Source of the DNA: an uncultured Deferribacteres bacterium
Lineage (GTDB): Bacteria; Zhuqueibacterota; Zhuqueibacteria; Zhuqueibacterales; Geothermadaptataceae
Reading direction: 5' to 3'
Assembly (NCBI GenBank): GCA_964014485.1
Contig: CAXHAT010000093.1
Span: forward strand, 1 to 28,713
Length of the DNA stretch: 28,713 nt
Both the position numbers and the translations under genes were made by a program. Positions 9,015-16,591 of the stretch are shown one piece after another. The number at the start of each line of letters is the position of its first letter. Position 1 is the stretch's first letter. The notes beneath the pieces were generated by a model that saw only the letters and a program-made list of their open reading frames with translations, was not told the DNA's origin and ran no database searches.

Positions 9015-10376
9015 CTACCACCGATTCGCAATCGTAAACGTCAATTTTGCTTCGCCGTCAGCGGGGACGTTGATTTCCCATTCCGCAACTTGCGCGGTTT
9101 TCTTTTTCACGGGCGTTGAAGAATTGCGCACGTCCCACTCACCGTAAGAGCGCTCAACCACGGTGACTTTGATCGCTTCGTTCTTGTGATTTCTGAGCGT
9201 AATTTGAATGTCCTGCTCGCGGGCGCGCTTTCCCAAGCGACGCTCCGTCAGAATTTCTCGCTCGCCGATAATGTCGAACGCCTTGCCGATAGTCAGACGA
9301 ATTTCCTCGTCTTTCGGCGTGTGCTTAATTTGATCTTCGCCGAGAAACAGCAAGGACTCGTCCGAGTCGGCCTTGTAAACGCGCACTTTCCCGGCGGGCA
9401 GCGCCATGCCGAGACCGTTGGATTTTTCGTTCTTAAACTCAACCAAAACCGAAGCGTTGCGCGGGTCGCGCTGACCTTCGTAAACATAACGTTTGGTCAC
9501 GGCAGGCTTCGATTCCGGGATGAAAGTGATTTGCTTGACCTGATTGTCTCGCACCGTTGCAGGACGCTGCAGGGTGTAGAGATGGTACTCAAAAAATTCC
9601 TTCTCCTGAAACCCCGCATCGGCGGCTCGCGCAAGCTGCATCTCTGCTTGCACTCTTGTTCGTCGAATTTGTTTTTGCACCAAATTCACATCGCCCGCAA
9701 CAACTTTCAATTTGGCTTCCTTGTACGTCGCGCCGCTCTTGTTGTCGATGGAAACCCAGCCGGTGAGATTCATGTTGGCATCGTTTTCGTCCAGCACGCC
9801 GACGTATTCCGCGTGCCAGCTAATGCCGCGCGTCAGGTAGCTAACCTCGATCTCGCGATTGGTCGCGCCAGTGTTGTTCACCTCCCAGACGAGCGTCGGG
9901 CGGGCGATCAGGCCGTCGGGGAGTTTGGGGAAATCGCAGGACAAAATTTCCTGCGCATTGATGATTTGCAGATTGCCGTCTTCTTCCTGCAAGACAACGT
10001 CCTTGCTGCCGGCGTTGAGCAATTTGCCGGTTACTTCGTTGCCGTTTTTGACCACCAGCTTGACTTCCTTCTCCAAATACTTCTCAAAAATCTTGCTGCT
10101 GTTGACGAGATCATACTCGTAATTCTGCTCCAAAATCTGCATCGACGCCGGTGAATTCACCACTTTAATTTGCACCGAAGTCGGATCGATCTGCGCCGCC
10201 ACGTCTGCGAAATTCACCGGGTTCACGCCGCGCGGAATTTCCACCGAGCGCGTCTCATGCACCAGCGCCAAATTCTCATTATAAATCGTAATCGCCACTT
10301 TCTGTTGCGCGATTGACGAAGCTGCGAGCAATGCCGTAAAAAGTAAGCTTTTTGAAACTATTGAAGATTTCATCAT
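9015..10376 (-). CDS. DUF4139/DUF4140 domain secreted protein
   Basis: Signal peptide ending SSIA-QQ; AITIYNENLALVHETR, IDPTSV, LEQNYEYDL, SYLTRGISWHAEY, EYHLYTL and LGMALPAGKVRVY are typical DUF4139 segments. Start moved to ATG 10376 (or 10373) because GAAGG lies just upstream. Confidence 0.85.
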   Translation of the reverse strand: MMKSSIVSKSLLFTALLAASSIAQQKVAITIYNENLALVHETRSVEIPRGVNPVNFADVAAQIDPTSVQIKVVNSPASMQILEQNYEYDLVNSSKIFEKYLEKEVKLVVKNGNEVTGKLLNAGSKDVVLQEEDGNLQIINAQEILSCDFPKLPDGLIARPTLVWEVNNTGATNREIEVSYLTRGISWHAEYVGVLDENDANMNLTGWVSIDNKSGATYKEAKLKVVAGDVNLVQKQIRRTRVQAEMQLARAADAGFQEKEFFEYHLYTLQRPATVRDNQVKQITFIPESKPAVTKRYVYEGQRDPRNASVLVEFKNEKSNGLGMALPAGKVRVYKADSDESLLFLGEDQIKHTPKDEEIRLTIGKAFDIIGEREILTERRLGKRAREQDIQITLRNHKNEAIKVTVVERSYGEWDVRNSSTPVKKKTAQVAEWEINVPADGEAKLTFTIANRW

Positions 10377-10539
10377 TCGTCCTTCTGATTTTAACAGTTC
10401 GCGTGAATTGTCGGGTTGCCAGTTCTCAATCAAAGCAACCCAGATTCATTACAGACACACAACTGTTTTATTCCCGCTAAATAGTTATCACTTTCAGTTC
10501 AAAAGGTATTTTTTGAGACAAATTATGAGTTATTTCATT

Positions 10540-11142
10540 TTAAGATATTCTTGTTGCTTCTTCGATGCCTCGATCAATACGCGCGGGCAACACAAACAAA
10601 AATTCTCCTAATGCAACTACAAATTCAATACATCTCTGAGCATCTGTATTATTGGGTAAAGGCGCTTCTTCATCAGCATGCCTTTGCTCGTTTGCTTCGA
10701 GCCTTACTTCATGCGCCCAGTTCGCCATTTCTTCAGTAATCAAATGAGCTTCTACCGCTTGATTAATTCTCGAATAAAGGTTCCCTTGCAAATAGCCTTT
10801 TTCTTTCAACATCGCGTCTACTGAGCTTGCCGCGAGCATCATTGCACCAGCTGGGGCGTGTAAGCTGTTCATTGCCTGCTTCAAATACTCCCTAGCACGG
10901 CTGGGTATACTTTCATTTACTTCTACTCCCGGCGGGTACACCTCAGATACAATCTTATCAGGAGACTCGCTTGCGGCGGTTACCACTCCCCCACATCTTG
11001 CGCAACTATAGAAATGCCAAGTCCTTGGTCGACTTCCATCAAACGCTGTGGTTTTATATTCGGCTAAGTTTTTTAGTGTCGGTCTATCTACATTACAATG
11101 TGGGCATCTTTCTAGTTTAAGTTGAGATCCAAGTTGAGCCAT
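10540..11142 (-). CDS. DUF4145 domain protein with N-terminal Zn-ribbon (HEPN-like)
   Basis: CPHC...CARC cysteine pairs; AMMLAASSVDAML, NLYSRINQAV..HLIT and WAHEVRLEANEQRH (R..N..H) pattern; GGAG RBS; AT-richer than neighbours. Confidence 0.82.
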   Translation of the reverse strand: MAQLGSQLKLERCPHCNVDRPTLKNLAEYKTTAFDGSRPRTWHFYSCARCGGVVTAASESPDKIVSEVYPPGVEVNESIPSRAREYLKQAMNSLHAPAGAMMLAASSVDAMLKEKGYLQGNLYSRINQAVEAHLITEEMANWAHEVRLEANEQRHADEEAPLPNNTDAQRCIEFVVALGEFLFVLPARIDRGIEEATRIS

Positions 11143-11205
11143 TTATAACTCCAGTACCTTGCTAAACATTACTTTTCTTTTTCGGTTCATCAATAAATAG
11201 AAGCC

Positions 11206-11418
11206 TCAAAAATGCATTAATTTCGCGCATTCTCTTTCGACGACCCGTTCCAGTTCGATGAAAGTCCGCATGTTTTTCAAGAATTGGCTTTCAAAATCTG
11301 TTTTTCGTCCGTCGTAAAACGCCGCCAATTCTCCGCGCACATCGTTAAAATGCCGCAGAAGTGCATCTGCCAATTTGAGCGCTTCAGCGTGTCTTTTTCT
11401 GAAGCCACCCAAAAGCAT
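11206..11418 (-). CDS. Small hypothetical helical protein (70 aa), possibly a remnant
   Basis: ATG with GGAG 13 nt upstream, starting 25 nt after the stop of the duplicated valS tail; amphipathic-helix composition; no family recognised. Confidence 0.45.
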   Translation of the reverse strand: MLLGGFRKRHAEALKLADALLRHFNDVRGELAAFYDGRKTDFESQFLKNMRTFIELERVVERECAKLMHF

Positions 11419-11443
11419 GCAAAAAAGAGAACTCCGTACAAAA

Positions 11444-11585
11444 TCAACTCTCCAACTGCGTCAAACCGGTTTCAATCTTCTCCAAACTCAACTCAAAATC
11501 CTGCAATTTCGCGCGTTCTTTTTCGACGACTTATTCCGGGGCACGAGAGGTGAAGTTTTCGTTCGCCAGTTTGCAGCGCAGACCG
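11444..11585 (-). pseudogene. Duplicated 3' end of valS (last 47 codons) with an internal stop
   Basis: Ungapped match to 12898-13039 with 17 mismatches in 141 nt by manual alignment; translates GLRCKLANENFTSRAPE*VVEKERAKLQDFELSLEKIETGLTQLES*; CAA>TAA at 11531-11533. Confidence 0.93.
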
Positions 11586-11688
11586 CAAGCTCTCTTACTC
11601 TAGGCACGCATTTCTATGATTAAATAGCATTGTTAATAGGAATGATATTTTGAGCGTAGCAAGGGTTGGAAATAGTATTCGACTTTTA

Positions 11689-12051
11689 TCAATTCAATAG
11701 TTCAATTCCCCCAATATTCAAAAACGGAATGTAAAAATCGCCATACCCAGGCGAGTTGGGCAGGCCGACCAAAACGCCGGTAAAATCCGTATCTTTCACC
11801 AGAAAAATATTATCGGCGGTATTCGAAAAAAGCTGGTGCAAAGGATTTGCGTCCTTGAAAGCGATACGAACTTGTTTGTTTTTCAGCAAAGCAAGCTGCG
11901 GGGCGTCAGCACGAACGAACAACGGCGTGGTAACGGAGTCGGCCAATCCTGCGTCGAGCAAATCGTAACCGTCGTATTGCTCCATAAATTCCGCGATTTC
12001 TTCGTCACTCCCGAATTCCGGGAGTTTGTCGGACGGGGATTTTTTCATCAT
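11689..12051 (-). CDS. Hypothetical 120-aa protein: CopG/BrnA-antitoxin-like N-terminus plus beta-rich C-terminal domain
   Basis: AAGGAA RBS and ATGATG 10 nt after the hicB stop; KLPEFGSDEEIAEFMEQYD resembles the N-terminal motif of CopG-type antitoxins. Confidence 0.7.
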   Translation of the reverse strand: MMKKSPSDKLPEFGSDEEIAEFMEQYDGYDLLDAGLADSVTTPLFVRADAPQLALLKNKQVRIAFKDANPLHQLFSNTADNIFLVKDTDFTGVLVGLPNSPGYGDFYIPFLNIGGIELLN

Positions 12052-12061
12052 AGTTTCCTTT

Positions 12062-12394
12062 TCAGTAACTTGCAGCGTCCGCGAGAACATCAGCCGCCCA
12101 TCGATTGATGCTTTTTCCTTTAACTTGCGCTGCATTGGCAACAGCGGCATGGACTTCCGGGGGAACGCGCAGCATAATTTTACCGGAATACGGCTTTTGG
12201 GGAGAGCGCCCCAGCTTTGCACATGTGTCGAGATAGTCGTCGACCGCTTCGATGAAAGCTTCGCGCAGTTCCGTAACGGTTGTCCCATGAAATCCCACAA
12301 TATCCTTGATCCCGGCGATATGCCCCACAAAGCAGCCGTCTTCATCGCTGTACTCGATTCTAGCAGCATAGCCTTTGTGCGTCATTGTTTTCAT
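12062..12394 (-). CDS. hicB: Type II toxin-antitoxin antitoxin, HicB family (RHH C-terminus)
   Basis: MTHKGYAARIEYSDEDGCFVGHIAGIKDIVGFHG..V.EL..AF.EAVDDYL..C...GRSPQKPYSGKIMLRVPPEVH...KSINRW; ATGA overlap with the hicA stop. Confidence 0.95.
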   Translation of the reverse strand: MKTMTHKGYAARIEYSDEDGCFVGHIAGIKDIVGFHGTTVTELREAFIEAVDDYLDTCAKLGRSPQKPYSGKIMLRVPPEVHAAVANAAQVKGKSINRWAADVLADAASY

Positions 12395-12645
12395 GGTTTA
12401 ACTCCCAGTTGTTCTAAAAAACGCCTGGCGTCTCGGACTTGGTAGGGCTTGGCTTCTTTGCGAGGGTGAGGACGATGAAAAGTTGCAACAACGTTTTGTA
12501 ACTCAAATCGCACCCTCGAACCTTTTCCTTCAACGACTCGCGCACCAAGTGAAATCAGTAGATTTTCTATCCGCCGCCATTCCAAATTTGACGGAACGGG
12601 CGTTTTGAAAATCGCTTCAAGCGTTTTTTGCTGCTGTTTATTCAT
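12391..12645 (-). CDS. hicA: Type II toxin-antitoxin mRNA interferase, HicA family
   Basis: KTLEAIF..PV..NLEW..IE.LL..LGA.V.EGKGSRVRF.L......FHRPHP.KEAKPYQV; ATG 12645 gives 84 aa. Confidence 0.95.
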   Translation of the reverse strand: MNKQQQKTLEAIFKTPVPSNLEWRRIENLLISLGARVVEGKGSRVRFELQNVVATFHRPHPRKEAKPYQVRDARRFLEQLGVKP

Positions 12646-12653
12646 CAACGATG

Positions 12654-12675
12654 ATGATAGCAAAATATGCCATCA
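12654..12675 (-). promoter_or_regulatory. hicAB extended -10 promoter overlapped by an inverted repeat (putative HicB operator)
   Basis: Minus strand TG-C-TATCAT lies 8 nt before the hicA ATG; IR TGATAGCA-N5-TGCCATCA (12655-12675, 7/8 match) covers it. Confidence 0.65.
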
Positions 12676-12756
12676 AAACCAATGGCCTTTTATACTGAAT
12701 TTGGTAAAATAATTTCCGCTTCTTCCAGCCGTGAGTTCATCGTAGCGGGTTTTCCG

Positions 12757-12875
12757 GCTCGTTACCAAGTTCCGACTTGGTAACGCATTTGTTCTCGAAG
12801 TTCTACTTCGCGCCATTGAATCGAAGTAGAACTTCGAGAACAATTGGGTTCCCAAACTCCAGTTTGGGAACCAGC
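12757..12875. repeat. Composite four-hairpin palindromic element, copy 2
   Basis: CGTTACCAAGT-TCCG-ACTTGGTAACG, CGAAGT-TCT-ACTTCG, CGAAGT-AGA-ACTTCG and GGTTCCCAAAC-TCCA-GTTTGGGAACC; the two halves are also inverted copies of each other; 22 bp from the valS stop. Confidence 0.9.
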
Positions 12876-12897
12876 ACAACCGCGAACTCCATGTATC

Positions 12898-15603
12898 TCA
12901 ATCTCTCAACTGCGCCAAACTGCTTTCAATCTTCTCAAGGCTCAACTCAAAATCCCGCAATTTCGCGCGTTCTTTTTCGACGACTTGTTCCGGGGCGCGG
13001 GAGGTGAAGTTTTCGTTCGCCAGTTTGCCGCGCAGGCCGTTGACTTGCTTTTCCAGACGCGATTTTTCTTTTTGCAATCGCTGCATTTCCAGGTCAACGT
13101 CGATCAAACCTTCCAGCGGCAGAAAAAGCTCGAGGTTTTTGACCACGCCGGTGGCGGCGAGGCGCGGTTTTTCGAGTTTCGCGTCAGCTTGCAATTCAGA
13201 AACGCGCGCCAGTTGGGCGAAATAGGGCTGGTTGCTTTGCAGCAGCAAGGCCGTCGTTTCATCCGCGCCGGAAACCATAAGCAGTGCGTCTTTTTGCGGG
13301 GGCACGTTCATTTCGCCGCGAATATTGCGCACCGCCATAATCGCCGCTTGCAGCAAGTCCATCTCCGTCTCAGCGTTTTTGCCCGCGAAAACCGCCTCGT
13401 TCGAGGGCCATTCGGCGATCATGATGCTCTCGTTCATTTCCGTCCCGATGTGGCTCCAGATTTCCTCGGTGACGAACGGGATGAAAGGCTGGAGCATGCG
13501 AATCACGCCGCGCATGACGAACGTGGCGGTGCTGAGGGTGGCGTTTTTCTGCGCTTCGTTGTCGCCGCGCAATCTTGGTTTGATGAGTTCCAGGTACCAA
13601 TCGCAGTACTCGCGCCAAAAGAAAGCGTGCAGCGCGCCGGTCGCCTCGTGGAAACGGAATTTTTCCAACGCGTTGGTGACGACTTCAACCGTCTCGGAAT
13701 AACGGCTCAAAATCCAGCGATCCGCCAAATCGAGCTGGCCGTCGTCGTTGGCTTTTTGAATGTCTGCCAGCGTCGCATTTTCGGTGTGCTGTTTTTCCAG
13801 CGACATGGACAAGAAACGAAACGCATTCCACAATTTGTTGGTGAAATTGCGCCCGATCTCGAAGTCCTTTTCGCCGAGATTGATGTCGTTGCCTTCGGAG
13901 GAAAGGTGCATCAGCGTATAGCGCACGGCATCGGCGCTGTACTGCTCGATCATCGCGAGCGGATCGATACCGTTGCCGAGGGATTTGCTCATTTTCCGCC
14001 CTTGAACGTCGCGGATGATGCCGTGCAAGTAGACGTTTTCGAATGGCACGTCCTTCATAAACTCCAGCCCGGACATGATCATGCGCGCGACCCAGAAAAA
14101 GATGATTTCATAGCCGGTGACGAGCGTGCTGGTCGGATAGAAATAATCCAGATCTTCGTTCTTTTCCGGCCAGCCGAGCGTGGAGAAAGGCCAGAGTTGA
14201 CTGGAAAACCAGGTGTCGAGCACGTCCGGGTCTTGCCGCCATTTTTCGGTCGGCGTGGAAGGGTCGGTGCGCGCGGCTTTGGCTTCGCCTTTTTCGTTGT
14301 ACCAGATCGGAATGCGGTGGCCCCACCAGAGTTGGCGCGAAATGCACCAGTCGCGAATGCTGGTCATCCAATGCTCGTAGGTTTTGTCCCAGCGACCTTC
14401 GGGCAGGAGCTTGATTCTGCCGTCTTTGACCGCCGCCAGCGCCATTTCCGCCAATGGACGCATTTTCACGAACCACTGCTCGGAAAGGTACGGCTCAATC
14501 GGCACGTGCGAGCGATAGCTGTGACCGACGCTGTTGGTATAATCTTCGATTTTTTCCAACATGCCGTCCTTTTTCAGCGCTTCGATGATTTTTTTGCGCG
14601 CTTCGAAGCGATCCAGTCCTGCGAGAAAGTCCGGGATCTGCAATTCGTCGCGATATTCTCCGCCCCTCGCTTCGGAACACATCGGCAGCACCTTGCCGTC
14701 GCGGTCGAGAACAATGATCATTTTCAAATTGTGGCGCTGGCCGATCTCAAAATCGTTCGGATCGTGCGCCGGAGTGACCTTGACAAAGCCGGAGCCGAAT
14801 TCCTTGTCAACGTGCTCGTCTACAACAAAATCTACTTCGCGATTGACGAACGGAATGATCGCTTTTTTGCCGACAAGATGTTGCTTTTCTTCATCATCCA
14901 GCGCAATCGCCACCGCCGTATCGCCGAGCAAAGTTTCCGGGCGCGTGGTCGCGACAACGATGTAATCGTCGGAGTCTTTGATGCGGTAGCGGATATGGTA
15001 GAGCCTGCCCTGAACTTCGCGGTGCTCCACTTCATCGTCGGAGAGCGCGGTTCCGGAGGCCGGGTCCCAGTTGACGATGCGCTGGCCTTTGTAGATCATG
15101 CCTTTTTCATAAAGGGCGATAAAAACTTCCTTCACAGCTTCGGAGAGCGTCTCGCTCATGGTGAAACCTTCGCGCTCCCAATCGCAGGCGAATCCAAGCT
15201 TTTTGAGTTGCTCGATAATGATGGCGCCGTGTTCTTCTTTCCACTCCCAAACGCGCTCTACGAATTTTTCCCGTCCCAGATCATGGCGCGTCAACCCCTG
15301 CTTTTTCAAATGCCGCTCAACCACCGCCTGTGTCGCAATACCGGCGTGATCGGTGCCGGGCATCCACATGGTTTCGAAGCCCTGCATTTTTTTGTAGCGG
15401 ATGAGAATGTCTTGAATGGTGTTGTTGTAAGCATGCCCAATATGGAGACGGTCGGTCACGTTCGGCGGCGGGATGACGATGGAATAGGGCTTTTTGTCCT
15501 TGTTCGGAACGCCGTGAAAATATTTATTTTTGAGCCAAAACGCATAGATGCGGTCTTCAACTTGTTTGGGGTCGTAATTCTTGGCAATTTCGCGCTGTGA
15601 CAT
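12898..15603 (-). CDS. valS: Valine--tRNA ligase
   Basis: PPPNVTxxLHIGH (HIGH), PGTDHAGIATQ, ATTRPET and VKVTPAHD editing-domain motifs, DWCISRQLWWGHRIP, DVLDTWFSS, KMSKSLGN and the C-terminal coiled coil KLANENF..RAPEQVVEKER. Confidence 0.99.
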   Translation of the reverse strand: MSQREIAKNYDPKQVEDRIYAFWLKNKYFHGVPNKDKKPYSIVIPPPNVTDRLHIGHAYNNTIQDILIRYKKMQGFETMWMPGTDHAGIATQAVVERHLKKQGLTRHDLGREKFVERVWEWKEEHGAIIIEQLKKLGFACDWEREGFTMSETLSEAVKEVFIALYEKGMIYKGQRIVNWDPASGTALSDDEVEHREVQGRLYHIRYRIKDSDDYIVVATTRPETLLGDTAVAIALDDEEKQHLVGKKAIIPFVNREVDFVVDEHVDKEFGSGFVKVTPAHDPNDFEIGQRHNLKMIIVLDRDGKVLPMCSEARGGEYRDELQIPDFLAGLDRFEARKKIIEALKKDGMLEKIEDYTNSVGHSYRSHVPIEPYLSEQWFVKMRPLAEMALAAVKDGRIKLLPEGRWDKTYEHWMTSIRDWCISRQLWWGHRIPIWYNEKGEAKAARTDPSTPTEKWRQDPDVLDTWFSSQLWPFSTLGWPEKNEDLDYFYPTSTLVTGYEIIFFWVARMIMSGLEFMKDVPFENVYLHGIIRDVQGRKMSKSLGNGIDPLAMIEQYSADAVRYTLMHLSSEGNDINLGEKDFEIGRNFTNKLWNAFRFLSMSLEKQHTENATLADIQKANDDGQLDLADRWILSRYSETVEVVTNALEKFRFHEATGALHAFFWREYCDWYLELIKPRLRGDNEAQKNATLSTATFVMRGVIRMLQPFIPFVTEEIWSHIGTEMNESIMIAEWPSNEAVFAGKNAETEMDLLQAAIMAVRNIRGEMNVPPQKDALLMVSGADETTALLLQSNQPYFAQLARVSELQADAKLEKPRLAATGVVKNLELFLPLEGLIDVDLEMQRLQKEKSRLEKQVNGLRGKLANENFTSRAPEQVVEKERAKLRDFELSLEKIESSLAQLRD

Positions 15604-15683
15604 ATCCGTGCCTTTTCCAACGTTAAAAAATTGTATTTTCAGTGATTTATGGCCGAACGGCGTTTGGAGAAAAGAGAGCCGCG

Positions 15684-15712
15684 AATATACAACTAGATTC
15701 GGGAAATGTCAA
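15684..15712 (-). promoter_or_regulatory. Sigma70-type promoter for valS
   Basis: Minus strand TTGACA-17 nt-TATATT, 80 nt upstream of the start codon. Confidence 0.8.
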
Positions 15713-15723
15713 CGGGAGGAAAT

Positions 15724-16120
15724 TAGGCTTTAGGCTGTTAGACTGTAGACTATCAGGCTAAAAAAACGCCCGCTGATTCACCTTTTTCTGTAAATATAGC
15801 GACCATACAATTTCGAGTGACGCAACGCATTTAAAACCTAACCTGACGCGCCAGAGCCAGGCAAGCTAAGTTTTCGACGCTGCGGCTAAACGCAGAGCCG
15901 CGGAGTTCGGAGAGCTTCGCAGAGTTTTTTTAATACAATTTTTTGAAGTTCTGTTTTTGAATTCTCGCAGTTGCGATTTGTCCAAAATGCATCCAAAATT
16001 AAGTTTTTTCTGCGCTTCTCAGCGTCCTTTGCGTCTCTGCGTTTTGAAAAGTCTTGCCAAAAATGACAGAAAATAAAATGTCAGTAACTAACAGTCTTCA
16101 GCCTAAACAGCTAAAATCCT
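15724..16120. repeat. Two nested inverted pairs of short tandem arrays with no gene inside
   Basis: Outer: TAGRCT(G)-type 7/8-mers at 15724-15760 and reversed at about 16086-16120. Inner: CGCAGAG-type units at 15888-15924 and reversed (CTCTGCG-type) at 16008-16045. Confidence 0.75.
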
Positions 16121-16138
16121 TAAATAAGGAGTGGAGAA

Positions 16139-16591
16139 ATGAAACGAGTTATCGCATTTTTGGCGCTAGCGCTGACAGGCGTCACAATTTACGGTTTTGT
16201 GTCACAAACGAATCTCTCAAAGGAGGAAAATGTGCAGCCGTCTTTGACGACAATTGCCGTTCGCGTGCATAATATGGACGCGATGGTCGCATTTTACACC
16301 GAGGCTTTTGGCGCGAAATTTCGCGAGGTCGATACGTTTGGGATTAAGTCGCAGTTTGGCGAAATGGCCGGGATTACGCTCAAACTTGTTCCTTTGCGCG
16401 ACAGCGCCGATTTTGAAGGGTACGGATCGCACCAGCCGGGATTTGTCGTGGAGAATGTCGAAGCCGTGATTGAAATCGCCAAAAAACACGGCGGACGCCA
16501 GGAAGGTGAGTTGATTCAAGAAAATGGCCGCGTTCACGGCGCGGTTCGCGATCCGGACGGAAATACGATTGAGCTTTATCAATCGGAGTGA
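16139..16591 (+). CDS. VOC (glyoxalase/bleomycin-resistance) family protein with N-terminal signal or anchor
   Basis: IAVRVHNMDAMVAFYTEAFG, GFVVENVEAV and VRDPDGNTIELYQ; AAGGAG/GGAG RBS; hydrophobic N-terminus. Confidence 0.88.
   Translation: MKRVIAFLALALTGVTIYGFVSQTNLSKEENVQPSLTTIAVRVHNMDAMVAFYTEAFGAKFREVDTFGIKSQFGEMAGITLKLVPLRDSADFEGYGSHQPGFVVENVEAVIEIAKKHGGRQEGELIQENGRVHGAVRDPDGNTIELYQSE

Noticed and set aside
8739..9147. Short ORFs of 91, 114 and 71 aa between the DUF4139 gene and recG
   Set aside because: They are translations of the palindromic element (LVPKLLFGN, VTKPKLGNE); similar peptides appear at 12673-13007 from the second copy.
10377..10433. TTG start extending the DUF4139 protein by 19 aa
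   Set aside because: It would place a polar stretch before the signal peptide; the GAAGG plus ATG at 10376/10373 is a better start.
12052..12369. N-terminal extension making the third islet ORF 226 aa, or a frameshift fusion with HicB
   Set aside because: It overlaps hicB out of frame; a good RBS and ATG exist at 12051/12048 and no convincing slippery site or stimulatory structure is visible.
12844..15600. 918-aa ORF antisense to valS
   Set aside because: It is in codon register with valS, so it stays open only because valS avoids TTA, CTA and TCA codons; it ends at the TCA for Ser2, starts inside a repeat and has no recognisable motif.
15604..15683. T-box or attenuator leader for valS
   Set aside because: The promoter leaves only about 75 nt of leader, with no T-box consensus or terminator.
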